A DNA stretch of 64,000 nt, taken from the NCBI GenBank assembly GCA_963821525.1, contig CAWGED010000019.1, positions 224,001-288,000 on the forward strand, written 5' to 3'. The translations under genes were made by a program, and so were the position numbers. The stretch is from an uncultured Gemmatimonadales bacterium (lineage in GTDB: Bacteria; Gemmatimonadota; Gemmatimonadetes; Gemmatimonadales; GWC2-71-9). Below are positions 42,490 through 53,921 of this stretch, piece by piece (the first letter of the stretch is position 1; each line of letters begins with the position of its first letter). The notes below the pieces were generated by a model. It saw nothing but the letters and a program-made list of their open reading frames with translations. It was not told the origin of the DNA and searched no databases.

Positions 42490-43060
42490 GCGTTCCCTTC
42501 ACCGAGTCGACCGCCGCACCCAGCGCGACGTACGCCTGCGGATCCACCTCCTGGAACTCCGCCGCGACGTAACTGATCTTGCCACCCGGAGCGATCACGT
42601 AGAGGGTCCGGTTGTCCAGCTTGTACTTGCTATCGAAGGCCCCGTAGAGCTTGCCGACCTTGCCATCGGGATCGCTCAGGAACCGGAACGGATAGTTGCG
42701 ATCCTTGGCCCACGAGGCGAGCTCGGTGATCGGATCTACACTCACCGCCAGCAGCGTCACCTTTTTTCCATCGTTAAACAGCTTCGCGTACTGATCACGG
42801 TACGCGTCCATTTGGATGGTTCAGCCGCTGGTCCGTGCCTTGTAGAAGAAGGCAATCACCACGGTCTGATCCTTCAGGTCAGTAAGCCGCACCGAATCAG
42901 GCTGAACGCCGTCGCGCGTGGCGCTCTGCAGAGTGAAATCGGGGGCGGGATCGCCCACCTTGAGCGGACCGGATTGCTGAGCCGGCACCACCGACGTCGC
43001 GCCCAGTAGCAATCCTCCTACCAGGAGGAAACGAGTCAAACGGGAATTACGCTCTGCCAT
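42485..43060 (-). CDS. Exported BCP/AhpC-TSA peroxiredoxin, probable selenoprotein
   Basis: Two in-frame ORFs joined by TGA at 42821-42823: FFYKARTSG-U-TIQMDAYRD aligns with the Prx motif FYPKxxTxGCT. Confidence 0.85.
42785..42806 (-). promoter_or_regulatory. Candidate bacterial SECIS hairpin
   Basis: CGCGUAC-CGUGAUCA-GUACGCG starting 14 nt after the UGA; GU at loop positions 2-3. Confidence 0.7.
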
Positions 43061-43087
43061 AGCTGCTCTCCCGCGAAAGAAGACGTC

Positions 43088-44311
43088 CTACTTTGCCACC
43101 TCTACCCGCCAGATCTTGCCGTTGGCGTCGGCAGAGATATAAAGCGATCCCTCAGGTCCCACCGCAACACCCGAGGCGCGAAGGTCGGTCGGTCCCTTAC
43201 TACTCGTCGCGAACGTCGTGTATTGCCCCGTCGGACGGCCCGAGGCGAACGGTACGAAGACTATCCGGTATCCCTGCTGGGGCAACGGCGCGCGATTCCA
43301 CGATCCATGAAACGCGATGAAGGCCCCTTCCCGATAGGATGCAGGGAATTGATTCCCGTGGTAGAAGGCAATGGCCATCGGGGCCCAGTGGCCGGGGAAG
43401 CCAATCAGCGGGTCTTTCTTCGTCGAGCAACGACCGACGGCCTTCCCGTCTCCGCCGTACTCGGGAGCCAGGACCTTTTTCTTTTGCTGCCAGTCGTAGT
43501 AGCAGTATGGCCAGCCGAAATCGTCCCCCGCCTTCACCTGCATGAACTCCTCGGCCGGCAACTCGGCGTTCTGAGCATCGCTGAAACCCCAGTTGGCACC
43601 CAGCTGGTCTCGCCCGTGGGGAGCAGCGTACAGGTTGCCGCTTCGATCAACCGCCGTCGCCATCGCATTGCGAAGGCCGGTCGCATAGCGGACGCCGTCC
43701 TTCGCGGTCTGCCCCGTGCGTGACGCGCTGAACCGCCACAACCCGGCGCGGGTCTCCAGCTCGGTGCAGGGATCGTGTCCAGGCGACTGGGCGGTCCGGT
43801 CCCGCTCCTGACAGCTGTTGGTGGCGGAGCCGATGTTGACGATCAGGGTATCCCCTCCCAGCAGCACCAGCGTCTTGGCCCGGTGTCCCCCCGTGGGCAA
43901 TCCGTCCACGATGGTTTCCGGTTGACCGGGCGGAACCAGCTCACCCGCGGGCAACCGCCACCGGACCACCTTGGTCGCGGTCGCGAAGTACAGATTGTCT
44001 CCCCTCAGCGCGATGCCGGTTCCGCCTCCGGGGCCGAAGGACTTCTTCACATCGGCGACGCCGTCGCCGTTGGTATCCCTCAATGCCAGCACACCTTCGC
44101 CCCCCTCGACAGCGGCGAAAATGTCTCCGTTGGGAGCGACGGTGATGTGGCGGACCTCACCCAGGTCCGACCCAACCAGCACCGCGCAAAAGCCGTCGGG
44201 AAGGTCGAGACCACTGGTGCGGGTGCAGGCATCAGAGGGGCGCAGAGGGGAAACTGCAGAGACCGGCAGGCCTGCGAGGAGGCCAAGAGAAAGCAATAGA
44301 ACGAGACGCAC
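43088..44311 (-). CDS. PQQ-dependent sugar/sorbosone dehydrogenase family beta-propeller
   Basis: Signal peptide, ATGLRN, DFGWPYC, AFHGSWNR. Confidence 0.88.
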   Translation of the reverse strand: MRLVLLLSLGLLAGLPVSAVSPLRPSDACTRTSGLDLPDGFCAVLVGSDLGEVRHITVAPNGDIFAAVEGGEGVLALRDTNGDGVADVKKSFGPGGGTGIALRGDNLYFATATKVVRWRLPAGELVPPGQPETIVDGLPTGGHRAKTLVLLGGDTLIVNIGSATNSCQERDRTAQSPGHDPCTELETRAGLWRFSASRTGQTAKDGVRYATGLRNAMATAVDRSGNLYAAPHGRDQLGANWGFSDAQNAELPAEEFMQVKAGDDFGWPYCYYDWQQKKKVLAPEYGGDGKAVGRCSTKKDPLIGFPGHWAPMAIAFYHGNQFPASYREGAFIAFHGSWNRAPLPQQGYRIVFVPFASGRPTGQYTTFATSSKGPTDLRASGVAVGPEGSLYISADANGKIWRVEVAK

Positions 44312-44333
44312 GGGACACTCTCGAGATCGGTTT

Positions 44334-44420
44334 CAGAGGGAAAATAGCCCGCTTTATCCCGGATTCCAGAGGGAAAATCACGATTTTCCCTCTTGCAACT
44401 GGGAAGCGATGCCTTACTTT
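44334..44420 (+). promoter_or_regulatory. Operator-like palindrome/direct repeat and sigma-70 promoter
   Basis: AGAGGGAAAATC-AC-GATTTTCCCTCT at 44368-44393; extra half-site at 44334-44345; TTGCAA (44393), 16 bp, TACTTT (44415). Confidence 0.6.
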
Positions 44421-44485
44421 GGGTGCGGACGGCTCCCGCCTTGTAGCGCGTGACCGCCTCATTTTCCCCCTCACGGAGGCTCTCG

Positions 44486-44770
44486 ATGGCCAAGAAAGCA
44501 GCGAAGAAAAAGTCGAAGCGGAAGCCGAACGCGGCGTTCATGCGCCCGGTAACGCCCGACGCGAAGCTCGCCGAAGTCGTTGGCTCAAAAGGCCTGCCGC
44601 GGACTGAACTCACCAAGAAGCTCTGGGCGTACATCAAGAAGAACGGCCTGCAGGACAAGAAGAACCGGCGGATGATCAATGCCGATGGCGCACTCATGGC
44701 CGTCTTTGGCGGCAAGAAGCAGGTCTCGATGTTCGAGATGACCAAACTGGTCAGCCGTCACGTGAAGTAG
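44486..44770 (+). CDS. Stand-alone SWIB/MDM2-domain protein
   Basis: PRTELTKKLWAYIKKNGLQD...VSMFEMTKLV; GGAGG RBS. Confidence 0.92.
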   Translation: MAKKAAKKKSKRKPNAAFMRPVTPDAKLAEVVGSKGLPRTELTKKLWAYIKKNGLQDKKNRRMINADGALMAVFGGKKQVSMFEMTKLVSRHVK

Positions 44771-44896
44771 TCCGCAGGAGAGAGAAAGGCGGCCCGCCAG
44801 GGTCGCCGAGGCAGCAGTAATGCGGTAACAAGAGGGGCGCGCCCGTCGGCGCGCCCCGTGCCGTTTCTACCGGGCCCGGCTATCTTAATCCGCCCT

Positions 44897-46573
44897 ATGG
44901 CCGGCGAATACATCTTCACTATGCGCGACCTGCGAAAGGTCGTGCCTCCCTCCCGAGAGATCCTCAAAGGCATCTACCTCGCCTTCTATCCCGGCGCCAA
45001 GATCGGCGTCCTGGGTGCCAACGGCGCGGGGAAAAGTTCGCTGCTGCGGATCATGGCGGGGGTGGATAAGGACTTCATCGGCGAGGCCAAGCCGCTCGCG
45101 GGCACTCGCATCGGATACCTGCCGCAGGAGCCGCAGCTCGATGCTGCCAAAGACGTGCGAGGCAACGTCGAGGAAGGCGTGCGGGAGCTGCGCCAGCTAC
45201 TCGACGATTTCAACACCATCTCGGCCCGCTTCACCGAACCGATGAGCGATGACGAGATGAATCGGCTCCTGGAAAAGCAGGGCCGGCTCCAGGACCAGAT
45301 CGATCACCTCGGCGTCTGGGACCTGGACCACAAGCTCGACATCGCGATGGACGCGCTCCGCCTGCCCCCGGGCGATGCCTCGGTCAGCACACTGTCGGGT
45401 GGAGAGCGCCGCCGAGTCGCGCTGTGCCGCCTGCTGCTCGAACAACCGGAGATGCTGCTTCTCGATGAACCGACCAACCACCTGGACGCCGAAAGCGTCG
45501 CGTGGCTGGAGAAGTATCTCGAAGGGTTTCCGGGAACCGTTGTGGCTATCACCCACGACCGCTACTTCCTGGACAACGTTGCCAAGTGGATCCTGGAGCT
45601 GGATCGCGGCGCCGGGATTCCCTGGGAAGGCAACTACTCGAGCTGGCTGGACCAGAAGCGCAAACGCCTCGCCACCGAGGAGAAACAGGCCTCCGCGAGG
45701 CAGAAGACCCTGGAGCGGGAACTGGAATGGGTACGGATGGCTCCCAAAGCCCGGCAGGCCAAGAGCAAGGCACGTCTGCAGCGCTACGAGGAGTTGCGCC
45801 AGGAAGCAGATCGCCAGACCGAAGGCTCGGTCGAGATCCTCATACCGGTGCCAGAGCGACTGGGAGACGAGGTAGTGGTCGCGGAGAAGCTATCCAAGGG
45901 CTATGGCGACCGCCTGCTCTTCGAGAACCTCAACTTCGCGCTGCCCCGCGGCGGGATCGTCGGGGTGATCGGGCCCAATGGCGCGGGCAAGACGACGCTG
46001 TTTCGCATGATCGCGGGTCAGGAAAAGCCCGACAGCGGGAACCTGACGATCGGCAAGACCGTCAAGCTGGCCTACGTGGATCAGAGTCGAGATTCGCTCG
46101 ACGGCACCAAGACGGTGTACGAAGAGATCTCCGGAGGAGAAGACGAGTTGATCTTCGGTTCCCGCAAGGTGAACGCGAGAGCCTACTGTGCGGGCTTCAA
46201 CTTCAGGGGATCCGACCAGCAGAAGAAGGTCAAGGATCTCTCCGGCGGCGAGCGGAACCGGGTCCATCTCGCCAAGCTGCTCAAGAGCGGGGGCAACCTG
46301 CTCCTGCTTGACGAACCTACCAACGATCTGGACGTTGACACCCTGCGGGCGCTGGAAGACGCATTGGTGGCCTTCGCAGGATGTGCGGTCGTCATCAGCC
46401 ACGACCGCTGGTTCCTCGACCGGATCGCAACCCATATTCTCGCCTTCGAAGGGGAGAGCGAGGCGTACTGGTACGAGGGGAACTATCAGGACTACGCCGC
46501 GGATTTCAAGAAGCGCAAAGGAGTCGATGCCAATCAGCCGCACCGGATCCGGTACAAGAAGCTCCACCACTAG
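44897..46573 (+). CDS. ettA: Energy-dependent translational throttle (ABC-F)
   Basis: [17 protein letters not shown], two ABC domains, PHRIRYKKL tail. Confidence 0.95.
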   Translation: MAGEYIFTMRDLRKVVPPSREILKGIYLAFYPGAKIGVLGANGAGKSSLLRIMAGVDKDFIGEAKPLAGTRIGYLPQEPQLDAAKDVRGNVEEGVRELRQLLDDFNTISARFTEPMSDDEMNRLLEKQGRLQDQIDHLGVWDLDHKLDIAMDALRLPPGDASVSTLSGGERRRVALCRLLLEQPEMLLLDEPTNHLDAESVAWLEKYLEGFPGTVVAITHDRYFLDNVAKWILELDRGAGIPWEGNYSSWLDQKRKRLATEEKQASARQKTLERELEWVRMAPKARQAKSKARLQRYEELRQEADRQTEGSVEILIPVPERLGDEVVVAEKLSKGYGDRLLFENLNFALPRGGIVGVIGPNGAGKTTLFRMIAGQEKPDSGNLTIGKTVKLAYVDQSRDSLDGTKTVYEEISGGEDELIFGSRKVNARAYCAGFNFRGSDQQKKVKDLSGGERNRVHLAKLLKSGGNLLLLDEPTNDLDVDTLRALEDALVAFAGCAVVISHDRWFLDRIATHILAFEGESEAYWYEGNYQDYAADFKKRKGVDANQPHRIRYKKLHH

Positions 46574-46594
46574 CGCTCCTCACACTCCGCTCCG

Positions 46595-48734
46595 ATGACC
46601 CACCCCTCGCGCATTCCCTACCTGCCGGCCCGAATCGAGCATCTGGCCGATCTGGCGGAGAATCTCTGGTGGAGCTGGCAGCTGGATGCCCGTGGCCTGT
46701 TCCGGACGATCGACGAGCCCCTCTGGCATCTGGTGAAGCACAATCCGCTCGCGCTGCTCCGGCGGGTAGATCCCTCCCGGCTCGCCGGCTGCGCGAGCGA
46801 CCCGACCTTCCTCGCCCGTTACGACCGGGTGCTGGAACGGTACCGCCTCGCGCTCGAGAGCAACGAGACCTGGTTCCACAACAACTATCCCTCGGTCGAC
46901 CGGCCGATCGCCTACTTCTGTGCCGAGTTCGGTCTCCACAACTCGGTCCCCATCTACTCGGGCGGCCTCGGCATTCTGGCCGGCGACCATTGCAAGGCAG
47001 CGTCGGATCTCGGCGTGCCCCTCGTCGGCGTTGGGCTCTTCTACACGAAGGGCTACTTCGACCAGCAGCTGAGGTTGGATGGCTGGCAGGAGGACAGCGA
47101 TGTCCTCTTCGATGTGAGCCTGACGCCGCTCGAGCGGGTCGCCGGACCGGGAGGTGTCCCCTATCTCGCCGTGGTGGAGACCTTCGGGCGGCCGGTGCAC
47201 ATCGGCGTCTGGCGGATGAAGGTCGGACGGGTGCCGGTTTACCTCCTGGACACAAACCTGGAACAGAACGACCCTGCCGACCGTGACCTTTCCGGAAAGC
47301 TTTACGCGGGCGGGCCGGACATGCGGCTCCGCCAGGAATGGATCCTCGGCGTTGGCGGCGTGCGGGTGCTGCGGGCCGTGGGACTCGATCCGGCCGCCTG
47401 GCACGCCAACGAGGGACACGCCGCGTTCATGCTCGTCGAGCGGCTGCGCGAGCTGACCACCGGAGGAATGCCGCTCAAGGACGCGGTGCGAGAGGTGCGG
47501 GCCCGGAGCATCTTCACGACCCACACTCCCGTCCCGGCGGGTCACGACCGCTTCAGCCGGGAGGAGGTGCAGGCCTGCGCGGGCCCGATCTGGACCGAGT
47601 TGGGCATCGGTCCCGAAGAATTCATGGCGATCGGTGCGCTGCCCGAGGATGACCTCTTCCACATGACGGCCACCGCGCTTCGGCTCTCCCGGCGGGTCAA
47701 CGGCGTCGCGAAGCGGCATGGAGAGGTCTCCCGCGAGCTGTGGCAGCCACTCTGGCCCGGCAAAGCAGTTGAGGACGTTCCCATCGGGCATGTGACCAAC
47801 GGGGTTCACGTCGCTACCTGGATGGCGAGCCGGATGCAGCGACTGCTCGACAAACATCTCGGCGATGGCTGGCTCGACCGGGTGGATCAGCCCGGCTTCT
47901 GGGACCGGGTCGCTCGAGCTGGACGATCAGGAACTCTGGAGCCAGCATCTCGAGATGAAGCGAGGCCTGCTGACTTATATCCGCGAAGAAGCGCGCCGGC
48001 GCTGGGCCGACCGATGGAAAGAGGCGGCCCATGTCGTCGGAGCGGGCACCCTGATCAATCCGGACCCGCTCATCATCGGGTTCGCGCGGCGCTTCGCGAC
48101 CTACAAGAGGGCCTACCTGCTATTCGAGGACTTCGACCGGCTGCACGAGATGCTGGTGAATCCCTGGCGGCCGGTCCAGCTGATTTTCGCGGGGAAGGCG
48201 CATCCCGAGGATGCGCCGGGTAAAGAAGTCCTGCAGCGGGTCTACACCATGACCCGCGACCCCCGCCTCGAGGGGCGTGTAGCATTCATCGAGGACTATG
48301 AGATGCACCTCGCCCATCGCCTGGTGCAGGGGGTGGACCTCTGGCTCAATGTCCCGCGGGCGCCGCTCGAGGCATGCGGCACCAGCGGCATGAAGGCCGC
48401 GCTGAACTCAGTCCCTCAGCTGAGCACACTCGACGGATGGTGGTACGAGGGCTATATGGGAGTGAACGGCTGGGCCCTGCCGCCATCCGAACCTGGGGAT
48501 CAGGATGCAGTTGATGCCGGACACCTTTACACCCTGTTGGAGGAGCAGGTCATCCCGCTCTACTACAAGCGCGATGCACGTGGCCTGCCGGTCGAATGGC
48601 TCCAGAAGATGAAACACGCCCTCCGTATCGCCGGCGAGAAGTTCGACGCCCGTCGGATGGTGCAGGAATACGTGAACCAGTACTACGTACCCGCGGCGTC
48701 GGGAGACCTCTCCGACCCCAACCCCCCGGTGTAG
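46595..48734 (+). CDS. glgP: Alpha-glucan phosphorylase (frameshift near 47912)
   Basis: AEFG...YSGGLGILAGD, NEGH, FARRFATYKR, PLP site EACGTSGMK. Confidence 0.93.
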
Positions 48735-48798
48735 CCCGGATGGACCGGCCTCCCAGCCAGTCTCGACGCTGCTGGCCCCCGACGGCTCGCCGGTAGGC

Positions 48799-50232
48799 GT
48801 GGTGCATGTCGCCGCGGAATACGGCTGGCTGGCCCGGACCGGTGGACTCGCGGAGGCGGTAGCAGGCCTGGCCACGAACCAGGCGCGCTCGGGCATTCCG
48901 GTCGCCGCGGTGATTCCCCTCCACCGATCGGTGCGAAGCGCGGCGAACGGACTCGAGCGGATGGGGGGACCCTTCACCGTTCAGGTCGGACCTCGTACCG
49001 AAGAAGGGCGACTCTACCGCATTCCCGCCGGCCCGGGCGAGCCGCGGGTCTACTGCATCGAGCACCCCTATTTCGACCGGAACGGCCTCTACGGAGAGTC
49101 CGGCGGTGACTACGCCGACAATCTCCAGCGGTACGCATTCTTCTGCCGCGCGGCTCTGGAGATCCTCCACCGGATCACCCGGACACCCTGCGTCCTGCAT
49201 TGCCACGACTGGCACGCGTCGCTCGCCCCGGTGTATCTGCGGACCTATTACCCGGACCAGGCCTTCGCCCAGAACGTGCGGACGGTCATGACGGTCCACA
49301 ACGCGGGATTCCAGGGACATTTCCCGCCATCGGCCATGCCGGAGATAGGGCTCCCCTGGGAGCTGTTCAACTACAAGGTCATGGAGTGGCATGACAAGGT
49401 GAATCTGCTCAAGGGCGGGCTCGCCTTCACGGATGCCGTGACCACGGTGAGCCCGACTCACGCGCACGAGCTGCGCACCGCGGTAGGCGGGTTCGGTCTC
49501 CACGACGTGTTTCTCTCTCTGGGAGACCGCTTCACCGGCATCGTCAACGGGATCGACATGGACGAGTGGAATCCCGCGACCGACCAGCACATCACCTCGC
49601 ATTACTCGGTGCACGATCTCTCCGGCAAGGCGCGCTGCAAGGCCGCGCTGCAGCGGAGTGTGGGTCTGCCGCAGAAGCGCCGGATCCCGGTCTTCGCGAT
49701 GACCGCGCGGCTCACCCACCAGAAGGGTCTCGAGCTGATCGTGGGAGACTACACCCTCTTCATGCTGGAGGCGCAGTTCATCTTCCTGGGCACCGGAGAG
49801 CCGAAGTACGAGGCGATGCTCAAGATGTACGAGGCGCGCTGGCCCGGACGGATCGCCGTGCACCTGGGCTTTTCGGAGCGGCTGGAGCATCGGCTCATGG
49901 CGGGCGCCGACGTCTACCTCATGCCCTCACTCTATGAGCCGTGCGGGCTGGCTCAGCTCCGCGCGGAGCGCTACGGTGCGGTGCCGATCGGCCGCCGGGT
50001 CGGCGGTCTGGCCGACACCATCGAGGACGGAACTACCGGGTTCCTGTTCGACGAGTACAGCTCCGAGGATCTGCTCCGGGTCGCACGGCATGTGATGGAC
50101 CGCTACTACGACCCGCCGGCCTGGGAATGGATGATGAAGCAGGCAATGTCCAGGGATTTCGGCTGGCCCCGTTCCGCCGAGAAGTATCTGCAGGTCTACC
50201 GCCGCGCCCTCGAGGCGTTGCGTCACGCCTGA
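48799..50232 (+). CDS. glgA: Glycogen synthase (GT5)
   Basis: RTGGL, HCHDWH, TVHNAGFQG, MPSLYEPCGL. True start may be the ATG at 48740 with an indel. Confidence 0.92.
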   Translation: MVHVAAEYGWLARTGGLAEAVAGLATNQARSGIPVAAVIPLHRSVRSAANGLERMGGPFTVQVGPRTEEGRLYRIPAGPGEPRVYCIEHPYFDRNGLYGESGGDYADNLQRYAFFCRAALEILHRITRTPCVLHCHDWHASLAPVYLRTYYPDQAFAQNVRTVMTVHNAGFQGHFPPSAMPEIGLPWELFNYKVMEWHDKVNLLKGGLAFTDAVTTVSPTHAHELRTAVGGFGLHDVFLSLGDRFTGIVNGIDMDEWNPATDQHITSHYSVHDLSGKARCKAALQRSVGLPQKRRIPVFAMTARLTHQKGLELIVGDYTLFMLEAQFIFLGTGEPKYEAMLKMYEARWPGRIAVHLGFSERLEHRLMAGADVYLMPSLYEPCGLAQLRAERYGAVPIGRRVGGLADTIEDGTTGFLFDEYSSEDLLRVARHVMDRYYDPPAWEWMMKQAMSRDFGWPRSAEKYLQVYRRALEALRHA

Positions 50233-51914
50233 TGCCCCGCCCCGCCGTCGATTTCGTACTGGGACTCCACAGCCATCTCCCATACGTCCTGAATCACGGG
50301 AGGTGGCCCCACGGGAGCGACTGGATCTGCGAGGCGGCGATCGACACCTACCTGCCGCTGCTCGAAGCGCTGGAGAAGTTGCGCCACGAGGGAGTGCCGG
50401 CGCCGGTCACCCTCGGCATCACTCCCATCCTCGCCAGCCAGCTGGCGAGTCCTGTCTTCGTGGAAGAGCTCGAGGCCTACTTCGCTCAACGCCTCGCGAG
50501 CTGTGACGAGGCGGCAGCCTCACTCACTTCGACTGGCGACCAGCACCTGATTCCTCTCGCCGATTTCTGGAGGGAGCGACTCACCCGGCTTCGCGCGCGG
50601 TTCCGTGCCCATGGTGGTGATCTGATCAGCGCGCTGCGCGCGCTCGAGCGGGAGGGCAGGCTCGAGATCATGAGTAGCGCCGCCACCCACGGTTTCCTCC
50701 CCCTGCTCTCTCGCGACGAGAGCATCCGGCTCCAGCTTGGGCTCGGTCGTGCCGAACACCGGAGGCTCTTCGGTAAGGAGCCCGCCGGATTGTGGCTGCC
50801 AGAGTGCGCCTACCGCGTTCGAGGCCCCTGGGCGCCGTTGCCTGGGGCCCCTGCCACCGGGCCTCGACGCGGCATCGAGGAGCACGTGGCGGATGCGGGG
50901 TTCAAGTATTTCTTCACCGACGCGCACATGGCCGGCGCGGGACAGGTCTTCAAGCTGTACGGTGCGGAAGAGCTCGAGGAGACGGGCACTGCGGAAGGCA
51001 AAGGCAAGCACTCGCCCTATCGCGCGTATCGAGTGACCTCGAACCGGAGCGGGCGCGAGGTCGCGACGCTGATTCGCGATCCGCTGACCTCGCGCCAGGT
51101 CTGGAGCCGGCAGGAGGGTTACCCGGGCGACCCGTGGTACCTCGAGTTCCACAAGATCCGCTGGCCGGGTGGACTCAAGTACTGGCGGGTGAGCGCTGCC
51201 GGCTCGGACCTCGGCGCCAAGCTGCCATACGATCCCGCGCAGGCACTGGCCCACGCAGACGGCCACGCGGGACACTTCGTGAGCCTGCTCGAGCGGGCCG
51301 CTACCGAGAAGGAAGTCCAGTCCGGCGGGTTGATTGCGGTCCCCTTCGACACCGAGCTGTTCGGCCACTGGTGGTTCGAGGGAGTGGATTTCCTCGCGGC
51401 AGTCTACCACCGGCTGGGTGGAACCAAGACGATCCGCCCCTACACCGCTTCGGCGGCGCTGGCCGCGCGGCCTCCACGTCGCGGGATCCATCTCTCGACC
51501 GGATCGTGGGGCGCCAACGGCGACTTCTCGATGTGGCTCAACAGCGGCACCGAATGGACCTGGCGCAAGTTGTGGGAGCTGGAAGAGAACTTCTGGGACG
51601 TGGCGCCCGCGGCGCTCGAGCGCGGAGACCAGCATCTGGTGCTCGCGCAGGCAGCGCGGGAGCTGCTGCTTGCTCAATCATCGGACTGGCAATTCATCAT
51701 GACGACCGGTCAGGTGACCGACTACGCTGTGAAACGGTTCACCGAGCATTGCGCCGACGCCGAGTCCTTGATCGCGGCAATGCAGCCTGGAGCAGGGGAC
51801 CAGGATGCTGCCAGGTCGCGCGCGGAGAAACTCTGGCAGCGGGACCATGTGTTCCCCGAGATCCTGCCTGCAGTGCGGGCTGCGATGGAAGGCAGCCGGG
51901 CGGTAGTCGTGTGA
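50232..51914 (+). CDS. GH57 1,4-alpha-glucan branching enzyme (DUF1957 type)
   Basis: HSHLPY, WLPECAY, FDTELFGHWWFEG, LLAQSSDWQF. Confidence 0.9.
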   Translation: MPRPAVDFVLGLHSHLPYVLNHGRWPHGSDWICEAAIDTYLPLLEALEKLRHEGVPAPVTLGITPILASQLASPVFVEELEAYFAQRLASCDEAAASLTSTGDQHLIPLADFWRERLTRLRARFRAHGGDLISALRALEREGRLEIMSSAATHGFLPLLSRDESIRLQLGLGRAEHRRLFGKEPAGLWLPECAYRVRGPWAPLPGAPATGPRRGIEEHVADAGFKYFFTDAHMAGAGQVFKLYGAEELEETGTAEGKGKHSPYRAYRVTSNRSGREVATLIRDPLTSRQVWSRQEGYPGDPWYLEFHKIRWPGGLKYWRVSAAGSDLGAKLPYDPAQALAHADGHAGHFVSLLERAATEKEVQSGGLIAVPFDTELFGHWWFEGVDFLAAVYHRLGGTKTIRPYTASAALAARPPRRGIHLSTGSWGANGDFSMWLNSGTEWTWRKLWELEENFWDVAPAALERGDQHLVLAQAARELLLAQSSDWQFIMTTGQVTDYAVKRFTEHCADAESLIAAMQPGAGDQDAARSRAEKLWQRDHVFPEILPAVRAAMEGSRAVVV

Positions 51915-53921
51915 GGGTCGTCATCCACGGCCACTTCTACCAACCGCCGCGCGAAGATCCGTGGATCGAGCAAGTCGAGACCGAGCCGTCAGCCGCTCCC
52001 TTCCACGACTGGAATGAGCGAATAGAGCAGGAGTGCTACCGCGCCGTGGCCGCGGCCCGAATCCCCGGGCACGAAGGCCGGATCCTCCGCATCGTCAACA
52101 CCCTCGAACAGATCAGCTTCAACTTCGGCCCTACCCTTCTCGAGTGGATGGAAGGGCAAGCGCCCGCGACCTATGCCGCGGTGCTGGCGGCCGACCGTAA
52201 CAGTGTCGCACGGCTGGGTCACGGCAATGCCGTGGCGATGCCCTATCACCACGCGATTCTCCCGCTCAGTACCAGGCGGGAGAAGGTGACCGAGGTGCGC
52301 TGGGGCATCGCCGATTTCCGCCGCCGGTTCGGCCGGGAACCGGAGGGGATGTGGTTGCCGGAGACGGCGATGGATGAGGAGACGCTCGAGGTTCTCGCAG
52401 GCGAGGGCATTCGCTTCACGATCCTGGCGCCACACCAGGTAACCGGCGCTCCCGCTTCCGGCGCGCCGGGTCTGTACCGCTGCCCCGGCGGGGAAACCAT
52501 CGCGCTCTTCGTGTACGACGGCCCGATGTCGCACGATGTCGCCTTCGGACCGCTGGTGCGTGACGCTGACCAATGGGTGCGTAGAACGCTGGCGGCCGCG
52601 GACAGCGTCGCCCAAGCGGGAGTTGGTTTCGGTCGCCACCGACGGCGAGACCTACGGCCATCACCATGTCTTCGGAGAAATGGCGCTGGCTCTCGTCCTC
52701 GACCGGTTACAGGAAAGCGCGGGGATCAGCCTGGGCAACTTTGCCCAACACCTGGCCGACTCGCCGGCGACCAAAGAAGTGCAGCTGGTGAGTCCCAGCT
52801 CCTGGAGCTGTCCGCACGGAGTGGAGCGGTGGCGTTCCGACTGCGGCTGCCGCATGGCGACCGAGCTTCCACCGCAGCAAGCCTGGCGCGCGCCGCTCCG
52901 CGAAGGATTGGCATGGCTGACGAGCCAGCTGCACGAGATCCACGACAAGGAGGCACCGCTCCACCTGAGGGACGCCACCGCCGCACGGGAAGGCTACGGT
53001 GCCGTGGTGGGTGCGAGTCCGGAGGTGATTCGGGCCTACGTGCTCTCTCATGCTCTCAAGCCCGACGACCCTGGATCGGTGGTCCGAGCGGCGGAATTGC
53101 TCGAACTGGAGCGCGGGGCCCTCCGCTCGCTGACGTCCTGCGCCTGGTTCTTCGACGACATCGGTGGGATCGAGACCCTCCAGGTCCTGCGCTACGCGGC
53201 CTGGGCGGCGGCGCTCGCGGGAGAGGAACAGACGCGCCTGGAAAGCGGATTGATCGAGCGTCTCGCGCCCGCGAGAAGCCGAGACCCCACCATGGGCACA
53301 GGGGCAGATATCTACCGCCGGAAGGTTCGGCCGAGGCTTCCACCCGATGCACGCATCGCCGCGGGGCTCGGTGCCGTTCAGTCCCTCGTGCCTGATCCCG
53401 CGGACGACCCGGCCTATACCCTCGAAGCCCATGGCGATTCGAAGGTGCTCCGCCACAAGCGAACGGGTCGAGGTGTGCCCTGCAGGGTAACGATCGAGCG
53501 GAACGGTCTCGATCTGGCCGTTTCGGTGACGATCGAAGAGCGAACACCGCTTCGGGTGAGAGTTGATCAGCTGCCTGAGCGCTCCCGCCTCACAGTCGCC
53601 GATACGCTGCGCCGCGGTACCCTGTCCCGCCTGCTGTCGAGCAGCGATCTGGCCGCGCTTTCCACCGGAGAGGAAACCAAGCCGGTGGTGCGGCGCGCTC
53701 TGCTCAGGGCGGCGCAGTCACTCGAGACCGATCACTCGGCCGCTGCCTGCACCCACGTAGCCGACCTGGCCGAGCTGCTGGCACACCTTGGGCAGGCGGT
53801 GCCGTTCGATGTACAAACTGTTTTCTATCGGATCTGGTCTTCAGGCGAGCAGCGAGATCCGGCCATGCTGGATCTCGCCGTGAAACTGGGCTTCGACGTC
53901 ACCCACCTGCGGCAGCGATGA
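51911..53921 (+). CDS. GH57 / DUF3536 protein (frameshift near 52610)
   Basis: HGHFYQPPRE, WLPET, then ATDGETYGHH, SWSCPHGVERW, TSCAWFFDD. Confidence 0.88.
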
